Of a DNA stretch of 64,000 nt, positions 21,733 to 30,592 are shown one piece after another (the first letter of the stretch is position 1; each line of letters begins with the position of its first letter). Origin of the DNA: Alphaproteobacteria bacterium (GTDB lineage Bacteria; Pseudomonadota; Alphaproteobacteria; SHVV01); NCBI GenBank assembly GCA_965261735.1, contig OZ253470.1:1188129-1252128 (forward strand), read 5' to 3'. The notes under the pieces are model-generated. The model saw only the letters and a list, made by a program, of their open reading frames with translations. It made no database searches and was not told the DNA's origin. The translations under genes and the position numbers were made by a program.

Positions 21733-22443
21733 TCAGGTTTGGGCGCTGGGCTCGCCGCTCCACCAACGTTGGAAATCGTGCCGGGCCGTGGCCGCATAGC
21801 CGCTCGTGCCGGCCGCCCTCAGGTGCGCCATCACCTCCTCGCTTGAGACAACGTCGCCGTACTTGGCGTCGATGTCGAACAGGTTGGCCTCGTGCGGCTC
21901 CTCGGCCCGATCGCCGACGCCATCGCGCACCACGATCGTGTGGTAGCCGCACTGCATCGAGTCGATCGCCGACGCACGGATGCAGCCACTTGTCGTGCAC
22001 CCGGTCATAACGATGGTATCGACACCGCGCGACTTCAGGTAGGCATCCACATCGGTGCCAAAAAAGGCGCTGGCGAACTTCTTTTCCACCACATACTCGC
22101 CGTTGTCGGGGGCGATGCGCTCGTCCACCTCGACCATCGGGGAGCCCCTGCGTAGGATGGCCAGCGCAGGCACTTTCTTGATGAACATACCCGCGTCCCG
22201 AAAGTGCGCCTCATAGGCGATCGTGGTGTACACGATAGGCAGACCGCCGCGCCGGAACGCGGCCAATAGCTCGTTCGTGACCGCCAACTGATTGGAGAAA
22301 TCACCACCCAAGGGCGTCGTCGGATCGGTGAACCCCCTGATGAAATCGACGATCAGAAGGGCGGGCTTGGTACCATACCCGGCGCGGCCGGCGAAGCCTT
22401 TGTGCCGGTACTCCTCAAACGTCTGCTCTTGCCAGTCGTTCAT
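21733..22443 (-). CDS. Isochorismatase-family cysteine hydrolase, N-carbamoylsarcosine amidase-like (paralog 1).
   Basis: ALLIVDFIRGF...VDTIVMTGCTTSGCIRASAIDSM has the D-K-C triad context of CSHase/isochorismatase hydrolases. About 45% identical to paralog 2 at 45691..46377. Confidence 0.8.
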   Translation of the reverse strand: MNDWQEQTFEEYRHKGFAGRAGYGTKPALLIVDFIRGFTDPTTPLGGDFSNQLAVTNELLAAFRRGGLPIVYTTIAYEAHFRDAGMFIKKVPALAILRRGSPMVEVDERIAPDNGEYVVEKKFASAFFGTDVDAYLKSRGVDTIVMTGCTTSGCIRASAIDSMQCGYHTIVVRDGVGDRAEEPHEANLFDIDAKYGDVVSSEEVMAHLRAAGTSGYAATARHDFQRWWSGEPSAQT

Positions 22444-22722
22444 TTTGCACCTCCGCAAGAGACCTGAGCCCGCGACCGCCAGCCCGGCCATCGCAGCGTC
22501 GCTCGGCCTCGCTGCCGCCTCGATTTAACACCTCTTGAGGACTTCGATCAACGCGAGCAGAACCGCGGCGAACTGGCTTGATCTCCGCCGGTTAGCCCAT
22601 TATCAACAAAAGGGCAAGGGAGCCCTTCGATTCTGTGGACATCCGGGCCGCGCGATCGGCGGGAGAGACGATCGCCGGAGTGAGTGTCTCAAGATCAACG
22701 CCAATTCGTGGGAGAGCGACCG

Positions 22723-23796
22723 ATGAGCGATGATTCCACCCCCGATCCCGCCCTAGATCCCGACCGGCAGCGGCCTCGCGCGGAGGTGCTAGCGGCAGGT
22801 GGGCCGCGCTACAGCCCGCGGCCACTGCTCACTCCCTCATCCCACAATTCACTGACCGATGCGCGGCGACTTAGGGGATCCGGCACGGAAGGCCGCAAGG
22901 ACATCCTGTGTGCCTTCGGCGTCGACGTAGACGCCGTCGCCGGGTGGCTCGGCTCCTATGGCGGGGAGAACTCGCCGTGCGACATCTCGCGCGGACTGTT
23001 CGCGGGCGAGGTGGGCGTTCCGCGGCTGGTTAAGCTGTTCGACCAGCTCGGCATCAAAACCACGTGGTTTATCCCGGGCCACTCGATCGAGACCTTTCCG
23101 CAACAAACCAAGCTGGTGGTCGATGCGGGTCACGAAATCGGCATACACGGCTACTCCCACGAAAACCCGATCGCCATGACGCCGGACCAGGAGGAGGCGG
23201 TGCTGGATAAATGCATCGACCTCATCCGCGGCGTCTCCGGGCGCAGCCCTACCGGTTACGTCGCACCCTGGTGGGAGTTCAGTCCGGTCAGCAACGAATT
23301 GCTGTTGAAAAAAGCGATCAAGTACGACCACAGCCTCATGAACGACGACTTTCACCCGTTCTACGTTCGGGTCGGCGACAGCTGGACTCCAATCGACTAC
23401 GCCAAGCATCCGCGCGAGTGGATGAAGCCATTGGTACGCGGCGAGGAGACCGATCTGATCGACATCCCGGCGAGCTGGTACCTCGACGACCTGCCGCCAA
23501 TGATGTTCATCAAGAGCGCCCCCAACAGCTTCGGCTTTGTCAATCCGCGCGACATCGAGCAGCTTTGGCGCGACCAGTTCGACTGGGTGTATCGTGAGAA
23601 CGACTACGCCGTGTTCACCATGACCATCCACCCCGACGTTTCGGGACGGCCGCAGGTGCTGCTCATGCTCGAGCGGCTCTACAATCACTTCATCAGCCAC
23701 CCCGGCGTGCGCTTCTGCACCTTCGACGAAATCGCTGACGACTTCAAACGGCGCTCCCCACGCGATACCGGGGCGGGCGCAAAGGCCGCCGAGTAG
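22723..23796 (+). CDS. Polysaccharide deacetylase (NodB/CE4-fold) family protein, PuuE-allantoinase-like cyclic amidohydrolase.
   Basis: NodB-homology motifs ...[12 protein letters not shown].., [11 protein letters not shown] and ...WW.. are present. Length and motif pattern resemble metal-independent PuuE-type allantoinases. A GGGAGAG RBS precedes the ATG at 22723, and the ORF-track start at 22684 is also possible. Confidence 0.6.
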   Translation: MSDDSTPDPALDPDRQRPRAEVLAAGGPRYSPRPLLTPSSHNSLTDARRLRGSGTEGRKDILCAFGVDVDAVAGWLGSYGGENSPCDISRGLFAGEVGVPRLVKLFDQLGIKTTWFIPGHSIETFPQQTKLVVDAGHEIGIHGYSHENPIAMTPDQEEAVLDKCIDLIRGVSGRSPTGYVAPWWEFSPVSNELLLKKAIKYDHSLMNDDFHPFYVRVGDSWTPIDYAKHPREWMKPLVRGEETDLIDIPASWYLDDLPPMMFIKSAPNSFGFVNPRDIEQLWRDQFDWVYRENDYAVFTMTIHPDVSGRPQVLLMLERLYNHFISHPGVRFCTFDEIADDFKRRSPRDTGAGAKAAE

Positions 23797-23826
23797 CGGC
23801 GCGCCAAAACAGGAGGCGAGACGGAA

Positions 23827-24156
23827 ATGTGCAGCTTGTGCGGGGTGCTCGCAGGCCGGGGGCATTGGACGGAGTCTTCGAGCCATCCTGAGGCGTTCGC
23901 GGACGGCGCGCCAGCGACCCGGCGGGCGGAGCGCCAACGGCGCGCGCGCCTCGCCAGCACGATTCTCAAGTTTTACGGGCTGACGCTCCGAGATTGGGAG
24001 GGCACGTCCTATATATTGCAGGGCGGCACCGGCCGGACCCTTTTGATCGAGAATCTGACTGACCTGTGGGCCGCCGCCGACCGTATGAGCGGAAGGACCT
24101 GCGACCCGCTGGACGCCTCCCTACTGGCCGCGCTAACCGGGGCGGAACATCCATGA
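23827..24156 (+). CDS. Hypothetical 109-aa protein, translationally coupled upstream of the COG0523 GTPase.
   Basis: Strong RBS AGGAGG 11 nt upstream. Stop is 13 nt before the GTPase start. No recognisable domain. N-terminus MCSLCGVLAG. Confidence 0.45.
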   Translation: MCSLCGVLAGRGHWTESSSHPEAFADGAPATRRAERQRRARLASTILKFYGLTLRDWEGTSYILQGGTGRTLLIENLTDLWAAADRMSGRTCDPLDASLLAALTGAEHP

Positions 24157-24169
24157 CTGGCGCTCACCG

Positions 24170-25264
24170 ATGACGGACTACGCTTCCCTCCTGCCGATCA
24201 ATGTCATAACCGGGTTTCTCGGCAGCGGCAAAACCACCCTGCTGCGGGATTTGTTGCGATCGCCGCACCTACGCGACACCGCGGTGCTGATCAACGAGTT
24301 CGGCGAAGTAGGACTGGATCATCATCTGTTCCGCCACGTCTCCGAGAGCACGGTGCTGCTCGAGAACGGCTGCCTCTGTTGCGCCGTACGCGGCGATCTC
24401 AAGTTGGCCCTGCACGATCTGCTGTCGAAGCGCGACAAAGGAGAGCTGCCCCCCTTCCGGCGCGTCGCGATTGAGACCTCCGGCCTCGCCGACCCCGTGC
24501 CCATCGCCTACACAATCCTGGCCGAACCGGTCCTGCAACACCACTTCCGCCTCGGCAACGTGGTGACCACGATTGACGCGGTGAACGGGGCGGGTCAACT
24601 GGATCAGTTCGAGGAATCGGTGAAACAGGTCTCCGTCGCCGATCGCTTGGTGTTGACCAAGACGGACCTCTGCGGTGCGCCGGAGGTTGCGGTGCTTCGC
24701 GATATTTTGAGCCGCCTCAACAAGTCGGCGCCGGTGTTCGAGTCGGTCGCGGAGGGGATCGATCCCGAGCATCTGCTGGCGCAGGATATTTACAATCCGG
24801 GCGACTACCGGGAAGCAAGCCGATGGCTCGTCGACCGTAGCGAACACCCGGTAAGTGCGGAATGCGAGATTCTCCACCACCACCACGACCCGGGCATCTT
24901 CTCCTTTTGCCTGTGTTTCGATCAGCCCATGGATTGGACTGCCTTTGGCGTCTGGATGACGATGCTCCTCAACCGCCATGGCGAAAAAGTGCTCCGCATC
25001 AAGGGCATGCTCAACGTTGCCGGCCAAGCCGCTCCCGTGCTTATCAACGGGGTGCAGCACATCGTGCATCCACCAGCCCATCTCGACGACTGGCCCGACG
25101 CGGATCATCGCTCGCGCATCGTGTTCATCGTTCGTGACATGTCGCGCCGGCGCATCGAGGCTTCTCTGGCGGCCTTCAACGACCTCGCCAATCCGCGCGC
25201 CACCATGGACGCCGAAAACCGACCCGGGCCGACCACGGCCCTCGACTCTGCCAGCGTCGGTTAA
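24170..25264 (+). CDS. COG0523 / CobW-family G3E GTPase, a putative metal-insertion chaperone.
   Basis: Walker A GFLGSGKTTLL, the metal-binding GCLCCAVR (CxCC) motif, and the His-rich stretch ILHHHHDPG. Confidence 0.85.
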   Translation: MTDYASLLPINVITGFLGSGKTTLLRDLLRSPHLRDTAVLINEFGEVGLDHHLFRHVSESTVLLENGCLCCAVRGDLKLALHDLLSKRDKGELPPFRRVAIETSGLADPVPIAYTILAEPVLQHHFRLGNVVTTIDAVNGAGQLDQFEESVKQVSVADRLVLTKTDLCGAPEVAVLRDILSRLNKSAPVFESVAEGIDPEHLLAQDIYNPGDYREASRWLVDRSEHPVSAECEILHHHHDPGIFSFCLCFDQPMDWTAFGVWMTMLLNRHGEKVLRIKGMLNVAGQAAPVLINGVQHIVHPPAHLDDWPDADHRSRIVFIVRDMSRRRIEASLAAFNDLANPRATMDAENRPGPTTALDSASVG

Positions 25265-25914
25265 GGGGCCGAGTCGGACGAAGACACCCGCGGTGGTGGC
25301 CGGCGCGGACGCCAGCCGATCCTGAAAGCGCGCACCGCGTGGTGGAGCAGGAAAAACGCTATCGCGAGAATCACCAGCAAGATGATGGCGAGGAGCTTGC
25401 CGCCAAACCCCGCATCGATGATCGGACCACGGCTCATCAAGTGCTCGCTCAGCATCTCGACGGCTTGCAGAGTGGCGCCGCCAAAAAAGATCAAGGCTAT
25501 GAGAATGGCTATCTGTAGGGTATCGAAGACGAGCCCTTCGACCTCAAGATCAGTGGCGGCCCGGAAGATGTTTCTGCGGAAGGATTGCCAATGGGAGACC
25601 GCGTAGCCGATCACCCCGACGAGCGACGCGAACCAGAATATGACGTTGGAAAAATGGATGCGCGGAATACTTTGGGTCAAGTAATCTTCGAACGGCCGAT
25701 AAAAATAGAGGAAGATCAACAGTATGACGAGACCAACCAGGATGATCCAAAACCTCGGCCGCTGCCAACTGGTGCTGTCCTGTGCCATGATGAGCGGGGC
25801 CGCTCCGTCCCGGGGGTTCCAGTAGCTGCTTATCGTCTCGGCGCACCTCGGGCAAGCCAAAAAACGGCTCTCGCCAACCTCGACCTCAATGCACTGCGGT
25901 GAATCCGTTCTCAC
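25261..25914 (-). CDS. 4-TM membrane protein of unknown function, paralog A. The likely start is the internal Met at 25788.
   Basis: ...LYFYRPFEDYL...IFWFASLVGVIGYAVSHWQSFR...FGGATLQAVEMLSEHLM...IDAGFGGKL... is about 40% identical to 39509..39976. Confidence 0.55.
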   Translation of the reverse strand: MRTDSPQCIEVEVGESRFLACPRCAETISSYWNPRDGAAPLIMAQDSTSWQRPRFWIILVGLVILLIFLYFYRPFEDYLTQSIPRIHFSNVIFWFASLVGVIGYAVSHWQSFRRNIFRAATDLEVEGLVFDTLQIAILIALIFFGGATLQAVEMLSEHLMSRGPIIDAGFGGKLLAIILLVILAIAFFLLHHAVRAFRIGWRPRRPPPRVSSSDSAP

Positions 25915-26133
25915 GGAGCCCGCGCGGACCGAACGCTGGTGTGGCTACGGCGGAGCCGGCGGCGGCATCGACCCGCAACCTCGGGCTTAGCTTAGGCGCC
26001 GGCTTGACTCAGCCTTTCAGCTACCCAAAGAATGGGAGTTGGGCGGAAGGATGGGCGTAGTCCGAGGGAACGGGGACGGCATCTCGGTCGATTCCCGGCG
26101 CTGCCGCGTGAATTTTGGTAACAAGGAAAGGCC

Positions 26134-28197
26134 ATGAGCAGCCGCCTCGGCATTGATGTGGGTGGGACTTTCACCGATCTCTTGCTGTTCAACGAGAGTA
26201 GCGGCGAAATCCACCTGCTCAAGACGCCGTCCACGCCCGAAGACCAGTCGGTCGGCATTCTCAACGGCGTCGAGCGGCTGATCGCCCAATCGGGCATACC
26301 CGCGGCCGAGATTCAGACGGCACTCCACGGCACCACGGTATCGACAAACATCGTGCTCGAGGAAAAAGGCGCCAAAGTCGGCCTGCTGGTCACGGAAAAC
26401 TTCGAGCAGGTGCTGCATTTGGCGCGGTCGCAGACGCCGGGGCCGCTGGCCGGTTGGATCATCATGATCAAGCCGGATCCGCTCGCGGATCTGGAGTTGA
26501 CCCGTGGTGTCCCGGAACGCATCAACGCGCGCGGCGAAATCCTCAAGCCGCTCGATGAAGCCTACGTGCGCACCGCCATACCGGACCTCATAGAGGCAGG
26601 CGTGGAATCGATTACGGTATCATTACTCCATTCCTACGCCAACGCCGCGCACGAGGTACGGATCAAGGAGATCATCCAGGACCTGGGAATCGAGGTGCCG
26701 GTTTCGCTGTCCAGCGAAATTCTCCCGGAGTTTCGTGAATACGAGCGGACTCTGGTCACGGTGATGAACGCCTACGTGCGGCCCAGCATGCGCAGCTATC
26801 TGAGGAACTTCGAGGACAAGTTGCGCAGCATCCAGTTTTCGCCCCATGTGAACATCGTGCGCTCCGATGGCGGACTGATGAGCGTGGAGCGCGCCTCCGA
26901 GTCCCCCGTCTACACGATGTTGTCCGGGCCGGCGGGCGGGGTTTCGGGTGCCGCTTTTCTCGCCGCGCTGGCCGGGAGCCCCAATGCTCTCGGTTTCGAC
27001 ATGGGTGGCACCTCGACCGACGTTTCGCTGATCCAAGATGGCCAACCGATGATCTCGCGCCAGACCTCGCTCGGCTATTACCCACTGAAGGTGCCCTCCG
27101 TCGAGGTACACAGCGTCGGCGCAGGTGGCGGCTCCATCGCCCATGTGCCGATGACCGGCGCTCTGCGCGTCGGTCCCGAGAGCGCGGGCGCCGCGCCTGG
27201 CCCCGCCTGCTACGGTAGGGGCGGCGACCAGCCCACGGTGACGGACGCCAACGTGGTGCTCGGGCGCTTGCCGCCGAGCCTGCTCGGCGGCGACATGGCG
27301 CTGGACGTCAAGGCGGCCGAGGAAGCGGTGGCGAAGATCGGGCGCGCCCTTGGTCTCGACACCTACCAGGCGGCTCAGGGGATTCTCGATATCGTCAACG
27401 AGAACATGTTCGGGGCGCTGCGACTGGTATCGGTGCAGAAGGGTCTCGATCCGCGGGACTTCGCGCTCGTCGCCTTTGGCGGGGCGGGCCCCCTTCACGG
27501 CAATGCCATGGGCGCGCTCGCGCAGTGCTACCCGGTGATCATCCCCCCGACCCCTGGAGTGCTCTCGGCCCTAGGGTTTCTCTACTCGGACGTAAAGAAC
27601 GAGTTCGCCAAGACGTTTATCCGCAATCTCAACGAAGTGCATGCCGGCGATGTGACGGAAATCTTGACGCGGCTAGGCACTGAGGCGACAGCGTGGCTGC
27701 GCGAGGAAGGCATCGAGGAGCGAAGCCAGGAGCTGCGCTTCGAGGCCGACGTGCGGTATTTTCGCCAGGGCTACGAGATCTCCCTTACCGTGACCCCCAG
27801 CACGTTGGTCAATGGCGGAATCCAGGATATTGAGAATCGTTTCGGCGCCATCCACGAACGGCTGTATGGTTTCAAGTTGGATGCGCCGGTCGAGCTCGTG
27901 AACCTGCGCGCCGTCGGTACCGGCCGGGTGGTGAAGATCAAGTTCCCGAGCTTCGAGAAGCAAGGCAGCGATCCCTCCCCCGCCATGGTGGATCAACACC
28001 GGGTCTACTTCGACGGCAACTTTGTGTCGGCCAACGTTTACGATCGCAACCTGCTCGCCGCGGGCAACCGCATCTCGGGCCCAGCGGTGGTCACACAAAC
28101 GGATTCGACCACCCTCATCCACCCCGCGCACAGCGGAGAGGTGGACGCGTATCTGAACATCTTGATTTATCCGCAGGGCGCGAGTCCTTCGGCATGA
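26134..28197 (+). CDS. hyuA: Hydantoinase A / N-methylhydantoinase (ATP-hydrolysing) A subunit / oxoprolinase family, copy 1.
   Basis: 687 aa. N-terminal ASKHA fold GIDVGGTFTDLLLF, an AAGGRSGA-type motif region and a DMGGTSTD motif. RBS AAGGAAAGG. Confidence 0.9.
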   Translation: MSSRLGIDVGGTFTDLLLFNESSGEIHLLKTPSTPEDQSVGILNGVERLIAQSGIPAAEIQTALHGTTVSTNIVLEEKGAKVGLLVTENFEQVLHLARSQTPGPLAGWIIMIKPDPLADLELTRGVPERINARGEILKPLDEAYVRTAIPDLIEAGVESITVSLLHSYANAAHEVRIKEIIQDLGIEVPVSLSSEILPEFREYERTLVTVMNAYVRPSMRSYLRNFEDKLRSIQFSPHVNIVRSDGGLMSVERASESPVYTMLSGPAGGVSGAAFLAALAGSPNALGFDMGGTSTDVSLIQDGQPMISRQTSLGYYPLKVPSVEVHSVGAGGGSIAHVPMTGALRVGPESAGAAPGPACYGRGGDQPTVTDANVVLGRLPPSLLGGDMALDVKAAEEAVAKIGRALGLDTYQAAQGILDIVNENMFGALRLVSVQKGLDPRDFALVAFGGAGPLHGNAMGALAQCYPVIIPPTPGVLSALGFLYSDVKNEFAKTFIRNLNEVHAGDVTEILTRLGTEATAWLREEGIEERSQELRFEADVRYFRQGYEISLTVTPSTLVNGGIQDIENRFGAIHERLYGFKLDAPVELVNLRAVGTGRVVKIKFPSFEKQGSDPSPAMVDQHRVYFDGNFVSANVYDRNLLAAGNRISGPAVVTQTDSTTLIHPAHSGEVDAYLNILIYPQGASPSA

Positions 28198-28205
28198 GGT
28201 GAACC

Positions 28206-30497
28206 ATGACTGACCTGAACCCGCCGCGCAGATCGGTCTCGCTGGACGACTTGCTGAAGGCCAACAAGGCGCAGTTCGACAGTGTCTTCGCGGCCCAGAT
28301 GAGGGACACGGGCCTGGTGAGCGTGACCCATCGGCCGGCCACGGCAGAGGATCTTGTCTCGGCTAGCCTAGGGGTCCGGGCGGTCGTCGACGGCGACGAT
28401 AGTACGGCACTCCTCGACGGGCGGTTTGGCGAGGGTTGGTCATCCGAGGTCGTCGAACACAAGACCGAAGGCGGCTCGGTCACGGTGCTGTGCAAGCTCG
28501 TGGTGGACGGGGTTTCAAAAATGCAGTTCGGTGCGGCACGGATCAACGGCGATCAGGGTGCCGCTCTGCAAAGGGCGACCGACGAGGCGCTCAAGAAGTG
28601 TGCGGCCCTGTTCGGGCCGCGAGAGGGGCTGCCGGAGGCAGAGGCCGGAGGCCCCGCCGCCCGACCGCAAGAGGCGCCGGCCGCGGGAGCCCAGCCCGAT
28701 GCCGCCGTGCCCAGCCTCGCCGCCCCCACTAGCCGTGCGCTGGACACGATCACCCTGGATCTCATCGAAAACGCGCTGCGCAACGCCCGGCACGAGATGG
28801 ACGCCGTACTCTTCCGCTCCGCCATGTCACCCGTGATCCGCGAGCAACACGACGAGTTTCCCATGATCACCGACCCCAAGGGGCGGATGATCGTCGGCCA
28901 GTTCGGCTCCTACGTCGCCGAGATGCTGCGCGAGCAGAACATGCAGGTTGATCCGGGCGACGTCATTCTCAATAACGATCCCTTCAAATGCGGCGGCGCC
29001 ATCAGCCATATCAACGATTGGCTCGTGCTCGTGCCGATCTTTCACGGCAACGAACTTGTCGGCTTCAGCTCCATGTTCGGCCACATGATGGACGTCGGCG
29101 GCTGGGTGCCCGGCAGCATGCCGACCGCCGCCACGTCGATCTTCGGCGAGGGAATCCGCATCCCGCCGATCAAGATCTACGCGAAGGGCGAGATCAACAA
29201 GGCGGCGCTCGGCATCATCATGAACAACACGCGCACGCCCGAAATGAACTACAGCGACCTCATGGCTATCATCGCCGGCTGCCGTGCCGGCGAGAAGCGG
29301 GTGATCCAGATCTGCGACCGCTTCGGTAAGGACACCTACATTCAGGCGTGTGAGGCCCTGCTTGAGCGTACCAACCGCGCGATGCGGCAGCTCATCGTTC
29401 AGAACCTGCCCAATGAGCCTCAGTCGTTCGAAGACTACGTAGATGATGACGGCTGCGGCAACGGCCCCTTCAAGATGAAACTGACCGTGTGGCGCGAGGG
29501 CGACGAGGCCTTCTTCGATTGGACGGGGACCTCAGATCAGGCGCCGGGTCCGATCAATTTCTTCCTCAACGAGGGCATGTTCAAGATGTTCATCGGGGTC
29601 TACATGATCATGGTGTTCGACCCCCAGATTCTCTTCAACGACGGATTCTACGACCTCATTCACGTGACCCTACCCAAAGGGTCGCTCGTGCACCCGGAGT
29701 TCCCGGCAGCGCTGGGCTGCCGCACGCACGCCCTCGCCCGCCAGTTCGACGTCCTCGGCGGCGCGCTGAGTAAAAACGCGCCGGAAATGGCCACTGCCGC
29801 CGGCTATGGCTCAAGCCCTCACTTCCTGTACTCGGGCGTTGACGGCGATGGCCGCCCGTTCCAGCTCATGGAGATACTGTTTGGCGGGATTCCCGGCCGC
29901 CCGGTAGGCGACGGCATGGATGGCCACTCGTGGTGGCCGCTATTCGAGAATATTCCCACCGAATACCTCGAAACCTACTATCCGATGATCATCGAAAACT
30001 ACACCACGCTAGCCGACACCGGCGGCGCTGGGAGGCACCGCGGCGGCAACGGCGTCGAAAAGGTTTACTTGTTGTTGGAGAACGGCGAGATCTCCATCCA
30101 CGATGACCGCCATCTCACCCAGCCGTGGGGGATTCTCGGAGGACAACCGGGCGCTTGCTCGGAAAAATGGCTGGAGAAAGAGGACGGGTCCAGGGAGCCG
30201 TTGCCCTCGAAGGTGGACAACGTAAGAGTGCGCGGGGGCGACAGGATCATCTTCCGCACCGCCGGCGGCGGCGGCTGGGGCGACCCATTGGAACGCGAGC
30301 CGGCAAAGGTGCGCGGCGACGTGGTGCGCGGTCTCTTGACCGTGGGCGCCGCCCAGGAACGGTACGGCGTGGTCATCGGCAGCGTCGGGCTCACCATTGA
30401 CGACCGGGCGACCCAGGAGTTGCGCGAGAAGCTGAAAGGGAATCGAGGGACCCTCCCGGTGTTCGATTTTGGTGCGCAGCCATCGGGTCATGCATGA
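28206..30497 (+). CDS. hyuB: Hydantoinase B / oxoprolinase-family subunit, copy 1, with an unusual roughly 190-aa N-terminal extension: an amphipathic peptide, a GEGW (Rad52-like-signature) domain and a Pro/Ala-rich linker.
   Basis: The HyuB homology starts at about residue 190 (LDTITLDLIENALRNARHEMDAVLFRSAMSPVIREQHDEF...). The N-terminus is MTDLNPPRRSVSLDDLLKANKAQFDSVFAAQMRDTGL...LLDGRFGEGWSSEVVEHKTEGGSVTVLCKLVVDGVSKMQFGAARINGDQGAALQRATDEALKKCAALFGP. Confidence 0.85.
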   Translation: MTDLNPPRRSVSLDDLLKANKAQFDSVFAAQMRDTGLVSVTHRPATAEDLVSASLGVRAVVDGDDSTALLDGRFGEGWSSEVVEHKTEGGSVTVLCKLVVDGVSKMQFGAARINGDQGAALQRATDEALKKCAALFGPREGLPEAEAGGPAARPQEAPAAGAQPDAAVPSLAAPTSRALDTITLDLIENALRNARHEMDAVLFRSAMSPVIREQHDEFPMITDPKGRMIVGQFGSYVAEMLREQNMQVDPGDVILNNDPFKCGGAISHINDWLVLVPIFHGNELVGFSSMFGHMMDVGGWVPGSMPTAATSIFGEGIRIPPIKIYAKGEINKAALGIIMNNTRTPEMNYSDLMAIIAGCRAGEKRVIQICDRFGKDTYIQACEALLERTNRAMRQLIVQNLPNEPQSFEDYVDDDGCGNGPFKMKLTVWREGDEAFFDWTGTSDQAPGPINFFLNEGMFKMFIGVYMIMVFDPQILFNDGFYDLIHVTLPKGSLVHPEFPAALGCRTHALARQFDVLGGALSKNAPEMATAAGYGSSPHFLYSGVDGDGRPFQLMEILFGGIPGRPVGDGMDGHSWWPLFENIPTEYLETYYPMIIENYTTLADTGGAGRHRGGNGVEKVYLLLENGEISIHDDRHLTQPWGILGGQPGACSEKWLEKEDGSREPLPSKVDNVRVRGGDRIIFRTAGGGGWGDPLEREPAKVRGDVVRGLLTVGAAQERYGVVIGSVGLTIDDRATQELREKLKGNRGTLPVFDFGAQPSGHA

Positions 30498-30592
30498 GGC
30501 CGGCGCAAGGAACCATGCGTTAGACGGATAGGCGGCTACCTATTCCATCCCTGGAGGCAACGCCGACCCATCGCAACAGCGGGGGCTATACG

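Noticed and set aside
28206-28790. An alternative reading of the HyuB N-terminal extension as a fused acetone-carboxylase gamma-like or Zn-ribbon subunit.
   Set aside because: No Cys/His clusters are present in any of the three copies. The conserved residues are Gly-Trp, one Cys and an A-TD-EALKK helix instead.
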